From the NCBI GenBank assembly GCA_930971385.1, contig CAKNGB010000001.1:67670-131669 (forward strand): DNA of 64,000 nt, written 5' to 3'. The position numbers and the translations under genes are program-made. This DNA comes from an uncultured Clostridia bacterium (GTDB taxonomy: Bacteria > Bacillota > Clostridia > Christensenellales > UBA1242). Of this stretch, positions 1 through 9,313 are shown piece by piece (position 1 is the first letter of the stretch; every line of letters starts with the position of its first letter). The notes under the pieces are model-generated. The model worked only from the letters and a program-made list of their open reading frames with translations, had not been told where the DNA came from and made no database searches.

Positions 1-659
1 GGGTCGGTCGGACTAAAACTGTCGATATCATCTGGAAGAATGGCGAAATATGTGCCGTTGTCTGCCACGCTTCGTGAAATTTCCTGAGGGTTTTCTTGTT
101 GAGCGTCATTATTGTCGAAATAGGTGTAGATTATATCGAATTTATAAATTCCAAAGCCGTGGCCGTTTTTATTGAGTTCAGTTTCATGTATGCTGTTTTC
201 GTCTATGTAATAGATAAGTGAAGTTGGCGAGAAGATGTTTGTGACATTGTATTCAAAAATTGTTTCATCGTTGTTGACATTTTCGGTTAAATCTTCAGTT
301 TCACTGTAGGAAACCACAACTTTAACACCAGTCAAGGTTTTTCCCTGAGGCGACAAACTTTCCATCGAAATTCTTATGTTGGAAATTTGTGACCAGTTAT
401 AGTAGTAATAACTGACCTCTCTGCCTTCACCATTTTCGTCAATCACGGTGACAGGGTCTTTAATTTCAGGATACAGCGTGCCTCCTGCGCGTGTGGTTGC
501 TTGAAAAGAGACTTGAAAATCGTCATTACTCACAACAATTTCATTTTCTCTTAAAGAAACTTCCGCATCTGCCGAAAAATTTGGCAAGAAAGAGAAGAGG
601 CTTAAAAGCACTCCAATTAAGATAAGAAAAGGTAAAAATTTAATTCTACTTTTGTTCAT
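1..659 (-). CDS. hypothetical secreted protein, N-terminal ~219 codons only (ORF runs off the window start)
   Basis: Hand translation of the minus strand from ATG (complement of 657-659) stays open to position 1: MNKSRIKFLPFLILIGVLLSLFSFLPNFSADAEVSLRENEIVV... The hydrophobic N-terminus looks like a signal peptide. It is absent from the ORF track because there is no stop in the window. Confidence 0.55.
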   Translation of the reverse strand, partial: MNKSRIKFLPFLILIGVLLSLFSFLPNFSADAEVSLRENEIVVSNDDFQVSFQATTRAGGTLYPEIKDPVTVIDENGEGREVSYYYYNWSQISNIRISMESLSPQGKTLTGVKVVVSYSETEDLTENVNNDETIFEYNVTNIFSPTSLIYYIDENSIHETELNKNGHGFGIYKFDIIYTYFDNNDAQQENPQEISRSVADNGTYFAILPDDIDSFSPTD

Positions 660-724
660 ATCTTTATTCTATCACAAAATTTTTAATTTTAAAAACAATT
701 TTAACAAATTTTTAGAAAAGTTAT

Positions 725-753
725 TTGACAATAAATAAAATTAATTTTATAAT
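725..753 (+). promoter_or_regulatory. sigma-70-type promoter, consensus TTGACA-17-TATAAT
   Basis: TTGACA 725-730, exactly 17-nt spacer, TATAAT 748-753. Only 6 nt (taaagt) lie before ATG 760 and there is no Shine-Dalgarno, so the transcript would be leaderless. Confidence 0.6.
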
Positions 754-759
754 TAAAGT

Positions 760-1584
760 ATGGAAATTGAAGAAATGGAAACAGACATCGCTGTCAGCCT
801 TGACACCGTTGTGGAAAAAGTGAATAAACCAGAAGTTTTAAGAAGTTCGGTGGAGTGGATAAACGAGGAAACTTTGGTTTTGGTGGTCAAAGCCAAAACG
901 GAGGAAATTGAAAATTTATCCAATTTTTCTTTGTGTGGCAAAAAAATGATTGATTGGGTGCTTTTGGCGACCTCCATTTGCACGCAAAAAATTTTGGAAA
1001 GTGAAAAGGAGATTTTTGAAAATCTTTTAAAGTTTTCTCATTCCTATAAGCAAATTGCGGTGTTTTACAGCGACACTCCGCTTTTGCAAAAAGCCACTTT
1101 TTTGGAGATCATGAACTATTTTTCGGCAAGGAATATGAATTTCCTACCTCTTCCACGCGGATTTGTGATAAGGGGCGAGTATGCTGAAAATTATGAAAAT
1201 CTTTTGTCCTCTCCACTAAACAATTTTGGCACGGACGACTTTTTCATTGTTTCTGATGCAAAATCTCTTTCTGTTGCCTTTAAAAAACTTAATCGTCGCA
1301 TTTTGCAATTCCATAAAAGTCAGGGTGTTGTGCTTTTTGGCGAGGAAAACATCTATATTGAAGCAGATGTGCAAATTGAAAGTGGAGTGATAATTTATCC
1401 TTTCAACACTTTAAAAGGCGAAACCTACATCGGTAAAAATGTGACGCTGGAAAGCGGAAACTATATTGAAGACAGCGTGGTTTTAGACGGCGCTTTTGTG
1501 GTGCAAAGCTATCTTGAAAAAAGCAAAGTGCCAGAGGGCAAAAGCGTGGGACCATTTGAAAAACTCATAAATGAAACGCTTTAA
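760..1584 (+). CDS. GlmU-like protein, truncated and with a degenerate nucleotidyltransferase signature
   Basis: GlmU landmarks are readable: LCGKKMIDWV (cf. GKPM-x-HV), SDTPLL (cf. GDTPLL), and a hexapeptide left-handed beta-helix run IEADVQIESGVIIYPFNTLKGETYIGKNVTLESGNYIEDSVVLDG. The G-x-G-T-R-M loop is replaced by KAKTEEIEN, and the protein stops at 274 aa versus ~450 for GlmU. It holds the conserved position upstream of pth-mfd. Confidence 0.6.
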   Translation: MEIEEMETDIAVSLDTVVEKVNKPEVLRSSVEWINEETLVLVVKAKTEEIENLSNFSLCGKKMIDWVLLATSICTQKILESEKEIFENLLKFSHSYKQIAVFYSDTPLLQKATFLEIMNYFSARNMNFLPLPRGFVIRGEYAENYENLLSSPLNNFGTDDFFIVSDAKSLSVAFKKLNRRILQFHKSQGVVLFGEENIYIEADVQIESGVIIYPFNTLKGETYIGKNVTLESGNYIEDSVVLDGAFVVQSYLEKSKVPEGKSVGPFEKLINETL

Positions 1585-1593
1585 GGAGGAATT

Positions 1594-2097
1594 ATGAAAA
1601 TTGTTGTTGGTCTTGGAAATTATGGGGAAAAATATGAACATACCTATCACAACATTGGCTTTGATGTGGTGGATGCACTGGCAGAAAAACTTGGAATTTC
1701 TTTTACCAAAAATATGTGTAAAGGTTTAGTGGCAGAAGGTAGGCTTGGGCGTGAAAAAATTCTTCTTGTGAAACCTCAAACCTATGTCAATTTGTCTGGC
1801 TATTGCGTTAAGGAATTAAAACGAAAGTTTCGCGATGCAAGATTCTTAGTTGTGGTGGACGACATAGACTTGCCACGAGGAACAATTAGGTATAAAGAAC
1901 ATGGAAGCGGTGGCACGCACAATGGGCTAAGAAACATTGTGGAGCAGATTGGCGAGGAGTTTGAAAGAATTAAAATTGGCATTGGCAGAGATATCTTCAT
2001 GAACCTTGCCGACTATGTGCTTTCAAAATATGATAAGGAATTTTTCAAACCAGTTATCGAAAAAGCAGTTGAAGAAATTTTAGAAAGGCTTAAATGA
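1594..2097 (+). CDS. pth: peptidyl-tRNA hydrolase
   Basis: N-terminus MKIVVGLGNYGEKYEHTYHNIGF matches the Pth signature (GLGNPG-x-Y-x-x-T-R-HN-x-GF). RBS AAGGAGG upstream; 167 aa; followed by mfd. Confidence 0.92.
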   Translation: MKIVVGLGNYGEKYEHTYHNIGFDVVDALAEKLGISFTKNMCKGLVAEGRLGREKILLVKPQTYVNLSGYCVKELKRKFRDARFLVVVDDIDLPRGTIRYKEHGSGGTHNGLRNIVEQIGEEFERIKIGIGRDIFMNLADYVLSKYDKEFFKPVIEKAVEEILERLK

Positions 2098-5000
2098 TTG
2101 AATTTTTAAAGTATATCAAAGAAAAAGATTTTTTAAAGCATAAAAAAATCGGTGGGCTCACCATTGGCGAAAAGGCGATTATCTCGGCGTGTTTTGGGCG
2201 AGGAGTTTATCTTTGTGGCGACTTTGTTTCAGCCAGCAAAATGAAATTTGCTCTTCAAAGTTTGGGCTATAATGTGGAAATAATTTCTTGTGGCAGAGAG
2301 GTGGTGGAAGAAAACGATCCAAACCTCTTTCCTTTTTCGTGTGCTGTGGCAAAATTTTTGGATAAGAAGGTGGACTATCTCATCTTCCTTCCTTCTTCCA
2401 TGACCACGAAATTCAATTTGAAAAAATTGAAAGAAAAATTCATTTTAAACAAAACTAATTCCTATGACCTTGAAGAAGTTTGCAACATTCTTGTGAGTTT
2501 TGGCTATGAACGCGCCGACTATGTTAACATTGAAGGGCAGTTTGCCTTGCGTGGCGACATTTTAGACATCTTTCTTTTTGGCGACGACACACCTTGCCGA
2601 GTGGAATTTTTCGATGAGGACATTGAAAGGATAATCAAATTTGAAACCTCTTCTATGAAAACTTTAAAAAAACTGGACTGTGTGGAAATTTTGCCACTTA
2701 AACTTGAATTTGGTTTAGACAATGTTTCAGCGCTTTGCGAAAACTTAATCATCGATGAACCAATAAAAATTCAAAACGAGTGCGACATATTAACGGAAAG
2801 CCGAAAGAATCTTTCGTGGGTGAAAGAGGATATGTTTGCCAAATTTTCTGATTTAAAAAAAGAAGATGCCACCATTTTCACCAACACCGAAATTGTTTCA
2901 TTTGAAAACAAAACCATAGGTCAAAAAAGTTATTTAACAGACTTTTTGGCACTTAAAAAAGATATTGAAATCTATCGTTTCTCTGGGTATTCCATCTTCT
3001 TATTTGCTGGAAAATATGTTGACATCATGTGCGAATTCTTACGCACCAACAACATTTCCTATCATGTGTTCAACGGCACTGTGAAAGAGGGAGAAGTCTA
3101 TGTTCTTCCAACTTATTTTCCTTTCTCATTTAGTTTCCTAGACGAGCATATCATCGGCATTGGCACGGACGATTTATATAAACCTAAACGCACCGAATTT
3201 AAACGCGGGAAGGAGCAGTTTTCCTATCTTCCAAAAGTTGGCGACTATGTTGTTCACTCTTTCTATGGAATTGGTTTATGCAAAGATATTGTCAGGCTGA
3301 AACTTTCCACTTTTGAAAAAGACTATTTTGTGCTTGAGTATAAAAACGGCGCGATTTTGTATCTTCCAACCGAGCAGGCAAACTATATTTCGGCATACAT
3401 CGGCGCGGAAAACCCAAAACTCAGCGCTTTAGGCACGCAGGAATGGACGCGTTTAAAGGAAAAAGTTAAGGAAAACATCAAGGAAATTGCCATAACGCTT
3501 GCCAAAATTTATAAAGAGCGTCAAACGCAAAAAGGTTTTAAATTCGAGCGCGATGAGGAACTTGAAAAACAGTTTGACGACCATTTTCCTTACGAACTCA
3601 CTCCTGACCAACTTTCCGCCATTCACGATGTTGACAAGGATATGGAAAGCGACAAAATTATGGACAGGCTCATCTGCGGAGATGTTGGCTTTGGCAAAAC
3701 AGAAGTGGCTTTTCGTGCGGCGTTTAAGGCGGTTTACAACTCTAAACAAGTGGCATTTTTGTGTCCAACCACCATTCTTTCCGAACAACATCTTCGCTCG
3801 GCAAAAGAGCGTTTTGAGCCTTTTGGCATTAAAGTGGAGGTCTTAAATCGCTTCAAAAGCGAAAAGGAAAGCAAGGCAATTTTAGAAAAACTTAAAAAAG
3901 GCGAAATAGACATTTTAATTGGCACGCACAAAATTTTAGGGAAAGAAGTCAAGTTTAAGGATGTTGGACTTTTAATTTTGGATGAAGAACAGCGTTTCGG
4001 CGTGAAAGATAAGGAAAAAATTAAGGAAATCAAACAGAATATCGATGTTTTAACGCTTTCTGCCACACCAATTCCACGCACGCTTCATATGTCACTCACT
4101 TCCATTCGCGATATCAGCGTGATTGCCACTCCGCCGAAAGACAGGCTTCCAATTCAAACCTATGTCACAGACTACAGCGACCAACTTCTTGCCGATGTTT
4201 CAAACAGAGAACTATCTCGCGGAGGAAAGGTTTTAATCCTCTTCAATCGCGTTATGGAAATATATATGTTCGCATCGCACGTTAGAAATCTTCTTCCAAA
4301 TGCTCGCATCGGCGTTGCGCACGGTCAGATGATGGAAAAGGAACTTTCAAATGTCATCCGCGACCTATACGACAACAAGTTTAATGTGCTAATTTCCACC
4401 ACACTTATTGAAAACGGCATTGACCTTCCTTCGCTTAACACGCTTTTTGTTTTGGATGCCGACAAACTTGGGCTTAGTCAACTCTATCAAATTCGTGGAA
4501 GGATTGGAAGAGGCGACAAACTTAGTTATGCCTATCTCACTTTCAATCGCGGTAAAGTGCTGACGGAAGAAGCGTATAAGCGTTTAGAGGCAATCACTGA
4601 ATTTCGCGAACTTGGCTCTGGTTTCAAAATTGCCATGCGTGACCTTGAAATTCGCGGTGCGGGCAACATCTTGGGAAAAGAACAGCATGGGCACATGGAA
4701 AAAATTGGATATGACCTTTATGTTAAACTTTTGGATGAAGTGACTCGCGGGCTTAAAAACGGTAAGGAAGAAGAGCATAAGGAAATTAAAATCGAACTTC
4801 CACTCGATGCCTACATCAGTGAAAACTATGTTTCATCTCAAGAGGAGCGTATAATTTTCTATGACCGAATAAGCCACATTTCCACGCCACAAGAACGCGA
4901 CGAGGTTTTGAAAGAACTTGAGGCAACCAACGGCGATGTGCCAAGGGAAACAAGAAATTTGTGCGAGATTGCGCTTCTTAAAAATTTGGCTGTCGAGTTT

Positions 5001-5225
5001 AATGTGAAATTAATTAGAATAACAAAGAACGAAACGCTTGTTTATTTCTATAAATCTAAGGAAATTATCGATAAAAGATTGTCGAAAATGGGAGAATATT
5101 ACAATTTCAGTTTAAAATTTGAAGAATTACCTATGCTAAGGCTAACAAGTGCCGAAAGCGTGGAAAACAAGATGAAAACCTTGCAAGAGATGTTTTTAAA
5201 GGCGCTTAGTGAGAAAAAAGATTAA
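2094..5225 (+). CDS. mfd: transcription-repair coupling factor
   Basis: 1043 aa. Superfamily-2 helicase motifs GDVGFGKTEVA and LLILDEEQRFGV, and later IGRGDKLSYAYL. Start overlaps the pth stop by 4 nt (ATGA). Typical pth-mfd order of Firmicutes. Confidence 0.93.
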   Translation: MIEFLKYIKEKDFLKHKKIGGLTIGEKAIISACFGRGVYLCGDFVSASKMKFALQSLGYNVEIISCGREVVEENDPNLFPFSCAVAKFLDKKVDYLIFLPSSMTTKFNLKKLKEKFILNKTNSYDLEEVCNILVSFGYERADYVNIEGQFALRGDILDIFLFGDDTPCRVEFFDEDIERIIKFETSSMKTLKKLDCVEILPLKLEFGLDNVSALCENLIIDEPIKIQNECDILTESRKNLSWVKEDMFAKFSDLKKEDATIFTNTEIVSFENKTIGQKSYLTDFLALKKDIEIYRFSGYSIFLFAGKYVDIMCEFLRTNNISYHVFNGTVKEGEVYVLPTYFPFSFSFLDEHIIGIGTDDLYKPKRTEFKRGKEQFSYLPKVGDYVVHSFYGIGLCKDIVRLKLSTFEKDYFVLEYKNGAILYLPTEQANYISAYIGAENPKLSALGTQEWTRLKEKVKENIKEIAITLAKIYKERQTQKGFKFERDEELEKQFDDHFPYELTPDQLSAIHDVDKDMESDKIMDRLICGDVGFGKTEVAFRAAFKAVYNSKQVAFLCPTTILSEQHLRSAKERFEPFGIKVEVLNRFKSEKESKAILEKLKKGEIDILIGTHKILGKEVKFKDVGLLILDEEQRFGVKDKEKIKEIKQNIDVLTLSATPIPRTLHMSLTSIRDISVIATPPKDRLPIQTYVTDYSDQLLADVSNRELSRGGKVLILFNRVMEIYMFASHVRNLLPNARIGVAHGQMMEKELSNVIRDLYDNKFNVLISTTLIENGIDLPSLNTLFVLDADKLGLSQLYQIRGRIGRGDKLSYAYLTFNRGKVLTEEAYKRLEAITEFRELGSGFKIAMRDLEIRGAGNILGKEQHGHMEKIGYDLYVKLLDEVTRGLKNGKEEEHKEIKIELPLDAYISENYVSSQEERIIFYDRISHISTPQERDEVLKELEATNGDVPRETRNLCEIALLKNLAVEFNVKLIRITKNETLVYFYKSKEIIDKRLSKMGEYYNFSLKFEELPMLRLTSAESVENKMKTLQEMFLKALSEKKD

Positions 5226-5242
5226 AAAATTCCTCATTTTAC

Positions 5243-5271
5243 TTGAAATTTGTTGTAAATTAATATATAAT
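5243..5271 (+). promoter_or_regulatory. sigma-70-type promoter TTGAAA-17-TATAAT
   Basis: TTGAAA 5243-5248, 17-nt spacer, TATAAT 5266-5271, about 30 nt upstream of ATG 5303, which has a GGAG RBS. Confidence 0.5.
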
Positions 5272-5302
5272 AAGTTAGTTAGAATTTTTACTTGGAGTTT
5301 TT

Positions 5303-7129
5303 ATGAAGAAAAAAGTCTTTTCACTTGTGCTATGTTTGGTTATGTGTGCCTCTGTGCTTGCAGGGTGCAATTTATTCGGCATCAACTGGGAACAATACTA
5401 TAACGAGGTTGTGGCAACAATTAACTATGACTATGTTTCAGGTGGCATCACTCACACCGAAAGCGTGGATATCACAAAGCGCGAACTTATTAACGCATAT
5501 AACAGTTATGGCTATAATTACGAAGAGAGTTATGACTACACGCGTGAACAAGCCATAAACATGACACTTGAAACTGTGATAAACCGTAAACTTATGGCAA
5601 AAGATGTGGAAAGGACGGCGGAAGATAATGGTGAACCACTTTTTAACGATGCCGAAAAAACATATCTTTGGGAAGAAACTTACGACGCACTTTTAGATAA
5701 CCTCTACACCTATTATGAAGATATCATTGGCGAAACAAGCGTAGGCGGTGAGGAAGCGGAAGAAGAAAGCACAGGCACAATTTTTGAAGAATATGATAAA
5801 CTTGCTGTGCTTCACACAGAAACTGACACAAATGGCAACAAGATTTATGAAATAAGAAGATATAACGCAACTTCAAAAACAAGTGGAAGTAATCATGTTT
5901 TAAGTTTAAACGGCGTTAACTATGACATGGAATATCAAGACGGCGAAGGAAATTTTGTTTTTAAAGATTTAATTTATTCCTACTTTGAATCTTTAACCAG
6001 CGCAAGTTCCAATTGGAGAGCAAGTTTAAACCAATATTTAAGCGATGTTCGTGATAACTATAACTACATGACTTTCAGTGATGATGAAGAAGTTTTCATG
6101 TTTGAACTCAACAGAATTTATGACATTGTTAAAGAAAACTATTTGGTTGATAAATACACTGAAATTCACAATAACCTTGAAAGAGATGGTTCAACAGATT
6201 CAAACATAAGAGCGGACGCTATGCTTTCTTACTATGAAGGGCTTTGGATGGCAGACTATGAAAAATATGTTAATCATGCCAGCACATTCCAAACCGATAT
6301 CCTTTCCGAGTCAACAACTGTGGACTATGTTTACAGCGGTGCAAACACCTATTTCAATGTTGGAGTTATCAAAATTGACCTGACAGCAGAACTTGAAGAA
6401 CTTGAGGGAAAACTTTATAACGAAATTGACGAGGGAGAATATCAAAAACAAAAAGAGCAACTTTTTGAAAATGCCAGTGTGGAAATTAAAGATTCCACAA
6501 ACGGTGTGGCAACTGGAAAAACAATTTCTGCGAAAAGTCTTTTAGAAAAAATTAAAACCACTTTGAATGGCACAAGAAGTTATGGCGCTGATGCACTTGT
6601 AAATCAACAAATTGCCTATGAAAAAGCAGACGCTTTTGTTGATTATCTATACTACTATAACGATGATTCAACCTATCTTAACACCGACAAGATGTCCTCT
6701 TTTGGCATATCAGGCTCAGGCGAAGTTTTATATAACACAACTTTCTCTTCTGCTCAAAACGACGCTTTCGACCAAGCAATAAGAGACCTTTACAACAATG
6801 GCAATGCTAAGGTGGGTGACTTATCAAGTCTTGTTTATGGCGAGGACGGCGTTTACATTCTCTTCTATGCTGGCAAGGTGGAAAACGCTTTAACAAATGT
6901 TAAAGATGCAGGCGTTAACTTAACTGACCTTGAAATCATGGCAAGAACAAGAGTGAACATCTTCAACACCAAAACCATATTTGACCTTTGCTATGACGCT
7001 CTTTACAACGAGGCTCTTTTCGACACCTTCCAAGAAGAGCATATCATACAACTTCAAAACGAGTTAACCCGCGAGGGTGACGGCATCACAACATATCCAG
7101 ATGCATATAAAGATTTAACTCAAAATTAA
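5303..7129 (+). CDS. lipoprotein, possibly SurA/PrsA-like chaperone (parvulin signature not evident)
   Basis: Signal peptide with lipobox MKKKVFSLVLCLVMCASVLAGC. The position after mfd is where Firmicutes often encode a SurA-N/PpiC-type foldase. I could not recognise catalytic parvulin residues. Confidence 0.4.
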   Translation: MKKKVFSLVLCLVMCASVLAGCNLFGINWEQYYNEVVATINYDYVSGGITHTESVDITKRELINAYNSYGYNYEESYDYTREQAINMTLETVINRKLMAKDVERTAEDNGEPLFNDAEKTYLWEETYDALLDNLYTYYEDIIGETSVGGEEAEEESTGTIFEEYDKLAVLHTETDTNGNKIYEIRRYNATSKTSGSNHVLSLNGVNYDMEYQDGEGNFVFKDLIYSYFESLTSASSNWRASLNQYLSDVRDNYNYMTFSDDEEVFMFELNRIYDIVKENYLVDKYTEIHNNLERDGSTDSNIRADAMLSYYEGLWMADYEKYVNHASTFQTDILSESTTVDYVYSGANTYFNVGVIKIDLTAELEELEGKLYNEIDEGEYQKQKEQLFENASVEIKDSTNGVATGKTISAKSLLEKIKTTLNGTRSYGADALVNQQIAYEKADAFVDYLYYYNDDSTYLNTDKMSSFGISGSGEVLYNTTFSSAQNDAFDQAIRDLYNNGNAKVGDLSSLVYGEDGVYILFYAGKVENALTNVKDAGVNLTDLEIMARTRVNIFNTKTIFDLCYDALYNEALFDTFQEEHIIQLQNELTREGDGITTYPDAYKDLTQN

Positions 7130-7135
7130 AGGGCG

Positions 7136-7174
7136 AATTCCTAAGATATCAAAAAATATCCTAGGAATTTTTTA
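7136..7174 (+). terminator. intrinsic terminator
   Basis: AATTCCTAAGATAT (7136-7149) pairs with ATATCCTAGGAATT (7156-7169): 13 bp with one mismatch, 6-nt loop, then a T-run. Confidence 0.7.
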
Positions 7175-7223
7175 TTTGCTTAAAGTATATAAGTGAATTT
7201 TTGCATAAAATTAAATTATTAGA

Positions 7224-7252
7224 TTGACAAAATAATCTAATTAAAGTAAAAT
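7224..7252 (+). promoter_or_regulatory. sigma-70-type promoter TTGACA-17-TAAAAT overlapped by an 8-bp inverted repeat
   Basis: TTGACA 7224-7229, 17-nt spacer, TAAAAT 7247-7252, 10 nt before ATG 7263, no SD. Inverted repeat ATTAGATT 7218-7225 / AATCTAAT 7234-7241 spans the -35. Confidence 0.5.
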
Positions 7253-7262
7253 ATATTAATAT

Positions 7263-8663
7263 ATGGACAAAATGGACGAGGAAAAGCTGGAGGCACAAGA
7301 AGTAAAAGAAATAGAAGAAACTTCTTCAACGGAAAAGAAGAATGTTTTTTCACGCTTTATAGATAAACGCGCCAAGAAAAAAGAGCAAAAGCGTAAAGAA
7401 CTTGAAGAAACCGAGGCTGCGCGTTCGCCAGAAGAAAAAGAAGAGATAAACGAAAAAATTGAAGAGGCGAACAAAGAGGCAAAGAAGTTTAACTCTAAAA
7501 AACAAAAGATAATCAACATTTGCTTCCTCTTTTTAAACATCGCCTTGGTTGTTGCCATACTTCTTTGGAATTTGCTAGGGTCAGATGAAGGTATCACGCC
7601 AATAAGTTCTTTAACCATCAATGGTTGGGCGTTTTTCCTTTACCTTTTCTTAACATTTATGATGATTTTCTTAGATGTTATGAGTGTGCACAGAATGATA
7701 TATCGAAAGACCTATCGTTCACGCTGGCCGTTGTCATATAAGTCACTGGCGCTACTTAGGTATTATGATGACGTCACGCCTCTTGCTGCGGGCGGGCAGG
7801 CTTTCATGGCAACATACCTAACAGGTCGCGATGTTCCAGGCTCAACTTCGCTTTCCATTCCAATGGCAAAACTTGTCTTCCAGCAAATAAGTTGGATAAC
7901 AATTTGCGGTGTGTGCTTAATTTGTTCGCAATTCATTCCAACAATAACCTCTAACACTTTCGTCACTGTTATGTCTATCATCGGCTTCGTGCTTGGTTTT
8001 TGTATGCAAGCTTTCATCATCTTCATTTCCGTTTCTAAGAGCGTGGGAAGAAGGCTGGTGGCGTGGTGCGTGAAACTTCTTCACAAAATGCATTTGATTA
8101 AAAACTACGAAAAAAAATATGAAAGCGTGATGAAGTTTGTTGATGACTATCAAAACATCATGCGTGAATATGGAAAATCTGTTGGAGAGGTTATCTATCA
8201 AATTGCAATTCATGCAATAAGGCAAATTGTGATTTACTCCATTCCATTTTTCATTTATTGCGTTTTCATGGGCTTTCCAGCAACAGGCGGTTGGCAGATT
8301 TACACAGAATTATTCATTTCTGCCGCACTAATTGAACTTTCTTCCAGTTTCTTCCCTCTTCCAGCGGGAACTGGTATGAACGAAGTGACTTTCCAAATGA
8401 TTTTCATGGTATATTTGGGCGACCAAACTTTCTGGGCTCTTCTTCTTTGGAGATTTGCAACTTTCTATCTCAACCTCATCCAAGGTGTTTGTATTATCAC
8501 CTACGACACACTTTACGGCAACCGAAAATATCGTTGGATAAAAAAGCGATTGGCACTTCAAGAGGAAAGTCAAATTTTCAAACAACATCAAATAGACCTC
8601 TTCCGAGCAGAGCGCAACAAGCGTAGGAAGAGAGAAAAAACATTGAAAATAACGAATAAATAG
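7263..8663 (+). CDS. flippase-like / lysylphosphatidylglycerol-synthase TM-region family membrane protein with charged N-terminal extension
   Basis: 466 aa and polytopic. The segment YYDDVTPLAAGGQAFMATYLTGRDVPGSTSL resembles the UPF0104 (LPG_synthase_TM) P-x-GG-Q loop. The first ~85 aa are Glu/Lys-rich (EEKEEINEKIEEANKEAKK). Confidence 0.55.
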   Translation: MDKMDEEKLEAQEVKEIEETSSTEKKNVFSRFIDKRAKKKEQKRKELEETEAARSPEEKEEINEKIEEANKEAKKFNSKKQKIINICFLFLNIALVVAILLWNLLGSDEGITPISSLTINGWAFFLYLFLTFMMIFLDVMSVHRMIYRKTYRSRWPLSYKSLALLRYYDDVTPLAAGGQAFMATYLTGRDVPGSTSLSIPMAKLVFQQISWITICGVCLICSQFIPTITSNTFVTVMSIIGFVLGFCMQAFIIFISVSKSVGRRLVAWCVKLLHKMHLIKNYEKKYESVMKFVDDYQNIMREYGKSVGEVIYQIAIHAIRQIVIYSIPFFIYCVFMGFPATGGWQIYTELFISAALIELSSSFFPLPAGTGMNEVTFQMIFMVYLGDQTFWALLLWRFATFYLNLIQGVCIITYDTLYGNRKYRWIKKRLALQEESQIFKQHQIDLFRAERNKRRKREKTLKITNK

Positions 8664-8687
8664 TTTTTGTTTTTGCAAACTAAGGAT

Positions 8688-9239
8688 ATGAAGAAATCAA
8701 CATATCCTTGGCTTTTTTCTGTCATCATTTTAGTGGTGCTTTTGCTTGTGGCGTTATATCTAGGATACTCTGGATATTTTTTCTCCATATCAATGATGAA
8801 CGCTCCCACCGATATTCAAGTTGGCGACACTGTTCAAATAAACCTGTCGCCAAACGAAACAAGTGTTGTTTCTTTCACTTTAGACGGAGCATATCTGCCT
8901 GGCGAAAGAATTCCTCAAATCATTCAATTAAAGGCGGATAATTTGGAAAAAGATTTAAAAGTGCGTGTTAAAGCGGAAATTTTTTCAAAAAACATGGTGA
9001 CAGATTTAGATTTTGTGACGACCGACTTTTTTACCAAAGGCGCTGATAACTATTTTTACTACACCGACACCTTGGCAGGAGGAAATAAAATCACATTTTG
9101 TTTCTATCTTGTTATTCCAGAGGATTCTGAACTTTTAAGTAAAGAAAAGTATGTTTTAAGCGTTGTGGTGGAAAATTTGGATGCAAGTTTGGATGTGGAA
9201 CAAATTTGGAATATGCAAGAAAATATTGAAAATGCGTAA
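8688..9239 (+). CDS. single-pass membrane protein, hypothetical
   Basis: MKKSTYPWLFSVIILVVLLLVALYLGY N-terminal anchor followed by a beta-rich ectodomain. The ORF track starts at TTG 8667. ATG 8688 is preferred for the typical MKK start, but its AAGGA lies only 1 nt upstream, so the start is uncertain. Confidence 0.45.
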   Translation: MKKSTYPWLFSVIILVVLLLVALYLGYSGYFFSISMMNAPTDIQVGDTVQINLSPNETSVVSFTLDGAYLPGERIPQIIQLKADNLEKDLKVRVKAEIFSKNMVTDLDFVTTDFFTKGADNYFYYTDTLAGGNKITFCFYLVIPEDSELLSKEKYVLSVVVENLDASLDVEQIWNMQENIENA

Positions 9240-9313
9240 ATTTGTTGGACTTTTTCTCTCAATTTGTTTACAATATATTTAAGTTGTGGATTTCACAAGT
9301 TTGAGGGAGAAAG

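Noticed and set aside
5209-5403. 64-aa ORF spanning the mfd stop and the lipoprotein gene start; also the 77-aa ORF at 5325-5558
   Set aside because: They overlap the promoter/RBS region and the signal-peptide coding part of the 5303-7129 gene in other frames, and have no independent start signals.
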